From Patescibacteria group bacterium (GTDB lineage: Bacteria; Patescibacteriota; Patescibacteriia; UM-FILTER-42-10), in NCBI GenBank assembly GCA_018825385.1, contig JAHJEX010000071.1, positions 1,547 through 65,546 of the forward strand: a DNA stretch of 64,000 nt, read 5' to 3'. The position numbers and the translations under genes are program-made. The notes under the pieces are model-generated. The model saw only the letters and a program-made list of their open reading frames with translations. It made no database searches and was not told the DNA's origin. Below are positions 58,089-64,000 of this stretch, in pieces; within the stretch, counting starts at the first letter, position 1; every line of letters starts with the position of its first letter.

Positions 58089-58373
58089 TTATGTTACTAA
58101 TAACGCTTTTTGATCGTCATTCGTGCCTAAACGATTGATTTTTTCTTTTCCGCATTTTTGACAATAATGGATAAGTTTATCTTCTCCATTTTTTTTTGTT
58201 AATCCTATCGGTTTCATTAGACCCCCACATTTTGACTGGCGATCACCAGGGTTTTCATCTACATGCACAGAATATAAACAATATGGACAGTGATTAGTAT
58301 AACCATTACCAGTTACTTTTTTTCGACAATTAGCACACACAAAATCTTCTTTATTTCTAGTGAACTTTTTCAT
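58089..58373 (-). CDS. RNHCP-domain Zn-binding protein
   Basis: FVCANC, TNHCPYCLYSVHVD..PGDR...CGGLMKP, HYCQKCG. Confidence 0.85.
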   Translation of the reverse strand: MKKFTRNKEDFVCANCRKKVTGNGYTNHCPYCLYSVHVDENPGDRQSKCGGLMKPIGLTKKNGEDKLIHYCQKCGKEKINRLGTNDDQKALLVT

Positions 58374-58833
58374 AATTTTTTTTCCTTAAACTGGAAGTTT
58401 TGAAAATCAACATTATCGCTCCTACAATAATTAGACAATCTGCTAAATTGAAAACGGGAAGAAAGCGCAGATTCACAAAATCGATAATAGCCCCATGATA
58501 AATCCGGTCAAGAAAATTACTAAAAGATCCAACTGCAATTAAAGAAAGACTTATAACTAAATTCATGTTTCTTTTTTTGAATGCCCCAAACAAGAAAAAT
58601 GCAACGGCGCTAATTATTGCAACAGTCACAATATAGGTCAACGGCTGATATAATGGAATGCTAAAGATAATTCCCTCATTCATATAGAGTTCCAGTCGAA
58701 AAACGCTTAAAAAGTTCAATGGCCCTTCTTCGGATAATGCATGGAATGCCCACCATTTGGTAATTCTATCAATGATAAACAAAAAAAAGAATCCAATACT
58801 AACAACAATAAATTGTCTGGACTCTTTTTCCAT
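58357..58833 (-). CDS. lspA: Signal peptidase II
   Basis: DRITK, NEGIIFS, SNFLDRI..GAIIDF, VFNLAD. Confidence 0.9.
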   Translation of the reverse strand: MEKESRQFIVVSIGFFFLFIIDRITKWWAFHALSEEGPLNFLSVFRLELYMNEGIIFSIPLYQPLTYIVTVAIISAVAFFLFGAFKKRNMNLVISLSLIAVGSFSNFLDRIYHGAIIDFVNLRFLPVFNLADCLIIVGAIMLIFKTSSLRKKNYEKVH

Positions 58834-58844
58834 TTTAAATTTTT

Positions 58845-59204
58845 CTAAACGAATTTATTGCATTCCATACATAACACTGCGGCTGGAAATGCCTCTAGTC
58901 GAGCAACATCTATTTCATTAGCACACTTATCACATTTACCATATGTACCATTTTTTATTCTTTCCAGTGCTATATCAACCTTCCCTAATGTTTTTTCTAG
59001 GTTCTTTTCCAAAGAAAGGTTATCTTGAAAATCAGCAACCTCTGTTGCATTTTCTTCATCCTTGTCTCCATAATTCGGAAAACGCGTATTATAGTCATCT
59101 TCTTTTTTGACACTCTCATCTGCAAAGCTGGAAAGCTCCCCACGTAACTTAGCTTGCTGTTTGAGGAGTTCTTCTTCCATCTTCTTTATAAATTCTTTAT
59201 CCAT
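58845..59204 (-). CDS. DksA/TraR C4 zinc-finger protein
   Basis: ALERIKNGTYGKCDKC...RLEAFP...CMEC. Confidence 0.88.
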   Translation of the reverse strand: MDKEFIKKMEEELLKQQAKLRGELSSFADESVKKEDDYNTRFPNYGDKDEENATEVADFQDNLSLEKNLEKTLGKVDIALERIKNGTYGKCDKCANEIDVARLEAFPAAVLCMECNKFV

Positions 59205-59690
59205 GTTTTTTTACGTTACAACTTATATGCCCCTACATTATACAGAATTTTAGAAAAAGAAAAAGGGCGCAACTAGCGCCTAAACATAGTTATTATAGCA
59301 CTGTCACGCCCAAGGCCCTTGCCCAACTTTCGTTCGTCATAAAGACAATTGAGAGATTGGTGATGCAAAGACTCTAAGCATTTTCTTTCCTATGAGGGTT
59401 TTAGGGAGAAAATGACAATTCTCTACCATTTTTGTGGTTGATCATATTTTTATATATGTCTACCTCTTTTATTTTTGTTTTGTACCCTCGTCAAAATAGT
59501 AAAGAACGTTATCCCTACAAGCGCTTATGTTATAGGGAGGAATTCCTTGCTATTTTGCTCAAGAAAGATGTTTTTTCAATATGCGCTTGTACACGTGAAT
59601 TCATTTCACTTACGAACAGTATATCATAATTTTTCCATCATGTCAACAATATTGCCTAATTGCAAAGTGATTTGGCTAATATTAGCCAAA

Positions 59691-61043
59691 TCATATACAA
59701 TTCTTAGCAAGGGAAGTATTTTTGGATAGTATATTTAGGTATAAGTCGCTATTCTCTACATCAATTTCGGCATTTGCGATTATATATTGATATGGGTCGT
59801 TTCCTGAACATCGAGAATATGTGTCTTTCACAAGTCTTTGATTAGAATCACTGTTTGATAATAGTGCTAAACGGACAATCTGAGTTGAGGAGGACACAAT
59901 TATATAATCACCCATAATTGAATAAGCCAGAGTTGAGTCCTCTTTATTCGATAATTCATATATCTTTTCTCCTTTGTATTCAATGACTGTCGGTTCAACA
60001 TTTTCCGGTTTCGGTACAAGCTCATAAACGATCGTGCCATCAGGCAAAGTTAAAGGCACTTGTGAAGGAAATTTCTTCGCCCAAATTTGTGCCACCATTT
60101 GCTTAAAAGATTCCCATTGATCACTTTTTGGCTGATTCAATTCTATTATCACACCCGGTGACAAGTCATCTTTTGGATAAAAGAATAAAGTTTGTTGATA
60201 TGTGGGTGCCTGAATGTCTGAAGAGTTCTGCTCTGTAAAAAAATCAAACGTTACAGGTCCTACAACGTACGCAAGCTGTACATCTTTTGGCACAAATTTT
60301 AATAATCCCTCAAATGACCGTTCTTTGCTTTTTATTTCGTAAGTTACTGAAATATTTTTATAAGAATCTTTGATGATATCTTTAATGTTAGGATGAAAAA
60401 AAACAAACGCCATAAAATATCCTGCTAATATGATCACAACCAGAACACCAAAAATAATTTTAACTCCAACCCTATTTCCTGATGTTTTCTTTATTATGTC
60501 CCTTACCTCTCTAACAGTCTGCTCCAGTTTGCCTTCATGATTTATAACTTTATAGTCATAAATTTTTTCGTACTTTAACCACTCTTTTGTGTATTTCATT
60601 CTTTCCTCAACATAATTGGATTCCACTTTGCTTCTTCTTTTTATTCGGTTCTTTAGAGTCTTAAGATCCGGTGGAGCAATATATATTGATTTCACATCTG
60701 ACAGTTTTTTCTTTATTATCTGTACTCCTTTATACTCTATCTTCCAAATTCCGATTTTCTTGGATTTACCTACTCGCTCTAATTCTTTTTTTGTTGTTCC
60801 ATAAAAATTACCATTATAAGCTTTGGCGTATTCTATAAATTCACCCCTTTTAATCTTGGCTTTAAATTCTTTTTTACTAATAAAGTGATATGGATTACCT
60901 TCAGAATCACCTTTTCTCTTTTTTCTGGTGGTTGTTGTAATAACCCTTTCAATATCAAAATAGTTACGGAGTCCTTCGATTACTGAATCTTCCCCCGCTC
61001 CAGACGGACCGGAAATAATAAATATGTTTTCCCCTGCTTTCAT
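59691..61043 (-). CDS. Guanylate kinase-like domain fused to a TM helix and an extracytoplasmic domain
   Basis: IISGPSGAGEDS, TTTR..R..D, YHFIS, YGT, YDYKVIN; TM at ~aa 195-216. Confidence 0.7.
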   Translation of the reverse strand: MKAGENIFIISGPSGAGEDSVIEGLRNYFDIERVITTTTRKKRKGDSEGNPYHFISKKEFKAKIKRGEFIEYAKAYNGNFYGTTKKELERVGKSKKIGIWKIEYKGVQIIKKKLSDVKSIYIAPPDLKTLKNRIKRRSKVESNYVEERMKYTKEWLKYEKIYDYKVINHEGKLEQTVREVRDIIKKTSGNRVGVKIIFGVLVVIILAGYFMAFVFFHPNIKDIIKDSYKNISVTYEIKSKERSFEGLLKFVPKDVQLAYVVGPVTFDFFTEQNSSDIQAPTYQQTLFFYPKDDLSPGVIIELNQPKSDQWESFKQMVAQIWAKKFPSQVPLTLPDGTIVYELVPKPENVEPTVIEYKGEKIYELSNKEDSTLAYSIMGDYIIVSSSTQIVRLALLSNSDSNQRLVKDTYSRCSGNDPYQYIIANAEIDVENSDLYLNILSKNTSLAKNCI

Positions 61044-61100
61044 AAATTCCTTTGAATATGTCTTGACTATACTCTATCACAAAACGCTTTCCGAATAAAC

Positions 61101-61139
61101 CAAAACCGCCCCCACGCTTTATAATAAGTGTGGGGGCGG
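61101..61139 (-). terminator. pnp terminator / dispersed repeat copy B
   Basis: CCGCCCCCACACTTAT...AAGCGTGGGGGCGG followed by TTTT on the minus strand. Confidence 0.75.
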
Positions 61140-61157
61140 ATATTAGAATCTCTGCAA

Positions 61158-63419
61158 TTAGTTATGACGTCTTCTTGGAGGCCTGTCTCCTCCTCGTCCA
61201 CTATTGCTGCGAAGTCCTCTATGGTCATCACGACTGCGTTCTTCAAAGCCAGCCGGGGCCTGCAATAGTGCCTTAATAGAAAGCTCCACTCTTCCACGCT
61301 CTTTATCAACGCCCATTACCTTTACCTTAGCTATATCACCAACTTTCAATTTGTCGCTTACGGTATTCACATGTTCATGGGCAAGTTGTGAAATATGGAC
61401 CATACCGTCTTTACCATGGGCAAGTTCTACGAGAGCACCAATTTCTTTACCACTGTTGCGATCAGCAACAATCTTGATTACCTTACCTTCATACACTTCT
61501 CCAACTTCCGGATCACTGGTTACGCCTTTAATCCAATCTAGAGCTTCGTCTAGTTTGGAATCCTTATCGGCAGTAACCATTACTAACCCATCATCCTCGA
61601 TATCAATCTGAACGCCTGTTTCATCAATTATTTCGTTGATTATTTTACCGCCAGGACCAATAAGGTCGCGGATTTTGTCAGGATCGATCTGGATTGGAAC
61701 AATTTTTGGAGCATACTCAGAAAGCTCACTGCGAGCAGCCGGAATTGTTTGTTCTATAACATCTAGTATCTTTCCACGTGCTATTTTTGCTTTTTCTAAA
61801 GCGCCTTTAACAACTTCCAGTGTTAATCCGTTATTTTTGATATCGACTTGCATGGCTGTTATTCCTTTGCGGGTTCCTGCTACCTTGAAATCCATCAGAC
61901 CAATATGATCTTCCAGTCCCTGAATATCCGTAAGTAGTTTGTAGTCGGACATATCTTCGTTGGCCATCAACCCGATTGAAATACCAGCCGCTGGGCTGCT
62001 AATTGGCACACCGGCATCCATCAACGCCAAAGAAGATCCACAGATCGAAGCCTGAGAGGTTGATCCGTTTGAGGATAACACCTCAGATACCACTCGAATT
62101 GTGTAGGGGAATTTTTCTTGATCCGGTAGTAGGGGTACAATTGCTTTTTCAGCCAATGCACCGTGTCCGATTTCTCTTCTATTAGCAGACATCATTCTCT
62201 TTACTTCTCCCACTGAAAATCCAGGGAAGTTGTAATGATGCATATAGCGTTTTTTACCGGAAATTTCCATGCCATCCAGTAGCTGTTCATCGCCCGGAGA
62301 TCCCAGTGTTACTACTGACAATACTTGAGTTTCACCACGATTAAACAATCCTGTTCCATGGGTTCTAGGAAGTATTCCCACTTCAGCTGAAAGTGAACGA
62401 ATATCATCAACACCTCTGCCATCCGGTCTGATACCTTCTTCCAGAATCTTTTTGCAGGCTATGTCGTCAATAATTCCTTCAACCATTTTCAAGCCTTTAA
62501 CTCTGCCTTCTTTAGTTACTTTGTTGTCCTCTTTCAGAGTTTCTTCCAGCTCATCCATGAGAGTTTGCATAGCTTTCTTTTGAGCGTCTTTTTCTTTTTC
62601 TGCAAAAACTTTACTACCATTCTCAGTAGTATATTTCTTTACAATTTCTTCTACATGCTCGGCCTCTTTCTTTTCTTCCTCGTTTGGCTCACCGTATTCC
62701 AGTAACATTTTTTCTTTACCAATCTTCTTTTGGACATCATTGATAAAGGTCATTAATCCTTCAATATGCTCATGACCAAAGTTAACTGCATCCTCTACTG
62801 TTTTTTCGTCAACTTCTTTACCTTCAAATTCGATCATTGCTACACGGTCTTCTATCCCTACTAGCAATAGTTCGAATGGACTTTTTTCCGCTACTTCATA
62901 AGTTGGGTTCAATACCCACTCACCATCAACTTGCACTACCTTTACACCAGCTATCGGCCCATTCCAAGGAATAGGTGAAATGCCTAGTGCGCATGATGCG
63001 GCAAGTAGCGAAACGAAATCAGGATCGTTTTCCTGATCAACTGAAAGCACAGTCAGTACCACTTGTACTTCGTGCTTCATACCTTCTGCAAAGAAAGGCC
63101 GAATTGAACGATCAATAAGACGTGCAGTTAATACCGCTTCGTCTGTCGGCCTGCCTTCACGTTTTATAAACCGAGATCCTTTGATTTTGCCGGCGGCATA
63201 CATCTTTTCTTCGTAATCTACGGTTAACGGGAAAAACCCCCGATCTTCATCATAGTCGGGATTAATTACCGCAGTAGCCAAAACAACAGTATCTCCATAC
63301 TGAATGGTACAGCTACCGTGTGCTTGACCGGCAAGTCTGCCGGTCTCTAGGGAGAGTTTTGTTCCCCCAATCTCTGTCTCAAACGTTTGCACGCCAGAAG
63401 AGCTTGTTTTTGGATTCAT
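61158..63419 (-). CDS. pnp: Polyribonucleotide nucleotidyltransferase
   Basis: FFPLTVDY, RLIDRSIRP, RREIGHG, SNGSTS, DFKVAGT, KH domain (IGPGGK), S1 domain. Confidence 0.97.
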   Translation of the reverse strand: MNPKTSSSGVQTFETEIGGTKLSLETGRLAGQAHGSCTIQYGDTVVLATAVINPDYDEDRGFFPLTVDYEEKMYAAGKIKGSRFIKREGRPTDEAVLTARLIDRSIRPFFAEGMKHEVQVVLTVLSVDQENDPDFVSLLAASCALGISPIPWNGPIAGVKVVQVDGEWVLNPTYEVAEKSPFELLLVGIEDRVAMIEFEGKEVDEKTVEDAVNFGHEHIEGLMTFINDVQKKIGKEKMLLEYGEPNEEEKKEAEHVEEIVKKYTTENGSKVFAEKEKDAQKKAMQTLMDELEETLKEDNKVTKEGRVKGLKMVEGIIDDIACKKILEEGIRPDGRGVDDIRSLSAEVGILPRTHGTGLFNRGETQVLSVVTLGSPGDEQLLDGMEISGKKRYMHHYNFPGFSVGEVKRMMSANRREIGHGALAEKAIVPLLPDQEKFPYTIRVVSEVLSSNGSTSQASICGSSLALMDAGVPISSPAAGISIGLMANEDMSDYKLLTDIQGLEDHIGLMDFKVAGTRKGITAMQVDIKNNGLTLEVVKGALEKAKIARGKILDVIEQTIPAARSELSEYAPKIVPIQIDPDKIRDLIGPGGKIINEIIDETGVQIDIEDDGLVMVTADKDSKLDEALDWIKGVTSDPEVGEVYEGKVIKIVADRNSGKEIGALVELAHGKDGMVHISQLAHEHVNTVSDKLKVGDIAKVKVMGVDKERGRVELSIKALLQAPAGFEERSRDDHRGLRSNSGRGGDRPPRRRHN

Positions 63420-63540
63420 AAATGTATCCTTATACTTTACCCCTAAAAGGGCTGTTTCTTCTGACTATCAGGCTTTAGACTGCAAAGGAGACAATCCCTT
63501 ATAGCCTAACTGTCTGACGTTCAAAAAAAACAATGATTAA

Positions 63541-64000
63541 TTAATTTTCAAAAAAGAACTCTGTTTTTATTTTTGTTAAGAATTCGTTTGTTCCTTGGAA
63601 GTGGAACAGCTTACCATCCTTTTTTATTAAAATCAAATTTGTTTGCGAGCCGTCCTTATTACTAGTTGCCACAATTTCTGTTCCTTTGACTCCATTAACA
63701 CTTATTTCTTTTTCTGACTGGACTAATATCGCTCCTTTGACAGCACTTTCCATATCTTCATCTAAAATACTCAGTTTATTGCTGTCAAAATACACTGTAT
63801 ATATAGAAGCGGAACTTTCTTCTTTGATCGCCTCTTTTTCAGAAAGATTCAAGGAAAAATTGTATTTCAGATTTTCAAATACACGATCACCATTGTCCTT
63901 TTCTTCGACTACCTGTGAAGTTTCTTCTTCCTCTTCTTGTTGTGCTGTTTGATTTTGACTGATAGATAAGTTTACTATTTCATCAGTTGCCTTGTTCCCC
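63541..64000 (-). CDS. 3' part of a hypothetical, possibly PsbP-like protein; start outside the window
   Basis: Frame appears open to the edge; EKEISVNGVKGT resembles EEINVNGVQGT in 51597-52376. Confidence 0.55.
   Translation of the reverse strand, partial: GNKATDEIVNLSISQNQTAQQEEEEETSQVVEEKDNGDRVFENLKYNFSLNLSEKEAIKEESSASIYTVYFDSNKLSILDEDMESAVKGAILVQSEKEISVNGVKGTEIVATSNKDGSQTNLILIKKDGKLFHFQGTNEFLTKIKTEFFFEN

Noticed and set aside
59205-59690. Possible ncRNA or small ORFs in a long intergenic gap
   Set aside because: Only weak hairpins and short ORFs; no recognisable RNA family, so left unannotated
61067-61309. 80-aa ORF overlapping the pnp 3' end
   Set aside because: Alternative frame crossing a terminator; no motif
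1-64000. Alternative genetic code (TGA read as Gly or Trp)
   Set aside because: TGA ends intact genes at expected positions, for example 5156, 13522 and 21130

Overview
Low-GC bacterial DNA using genetic code 11, with almost all genes on the minus strand. The gene content suggests Patescibacteria (CPR, Parcubacteria-like); this is an inference from the TrbL/VirB6-like membrane protein, the giant Cys-rich surface protein, prepilin-like/PsbP-like proteins, comM and in-frame palindromic insertions. There are three zones. (1) 1-25.8 kb is an unusual enzyme island. It holds 8 tightly coupled paralogues (a probable 9th runs off the left edge), each with a divergent ~370-400 aa N-terminal region (one is 5'-truncated) plus a C-terminal phosphohistidine swivel (PEP-utilising mobile) domain. 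None has an ATP-grasp or PEP-binding barrel. The island also has one stand-alone, degenerate, frameshifted PPDK-type ATP-grasp gene, five divergent OPRT-like phosphoribosyltransferases, PRPP synthetase, two LOG/SLOG proteins, NnrD, an MtnK-like kinase, a PHP phosphatase and a RAYT transposase with REPs. Two surface-protein genes interrupt it. (2) 26-41 kb is a four-gene cell-surface operon including a 3174-aa protein. (3) 41-64 kb is mostly housekeeping: rsmA, tsaC, leuS with an inserted hydrolase, rsmI, comM, pckA, lspA, a DksA-like gene, a gmk-like fusion and pnp. The best candidate for an undescribed system is the split, multi-module phosphohistidine dikinase array coupled to expanded PRTases. 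No rRNA, tRNA or CRISPR array was seen. All calls come from motifs read by eye; no searches were run.
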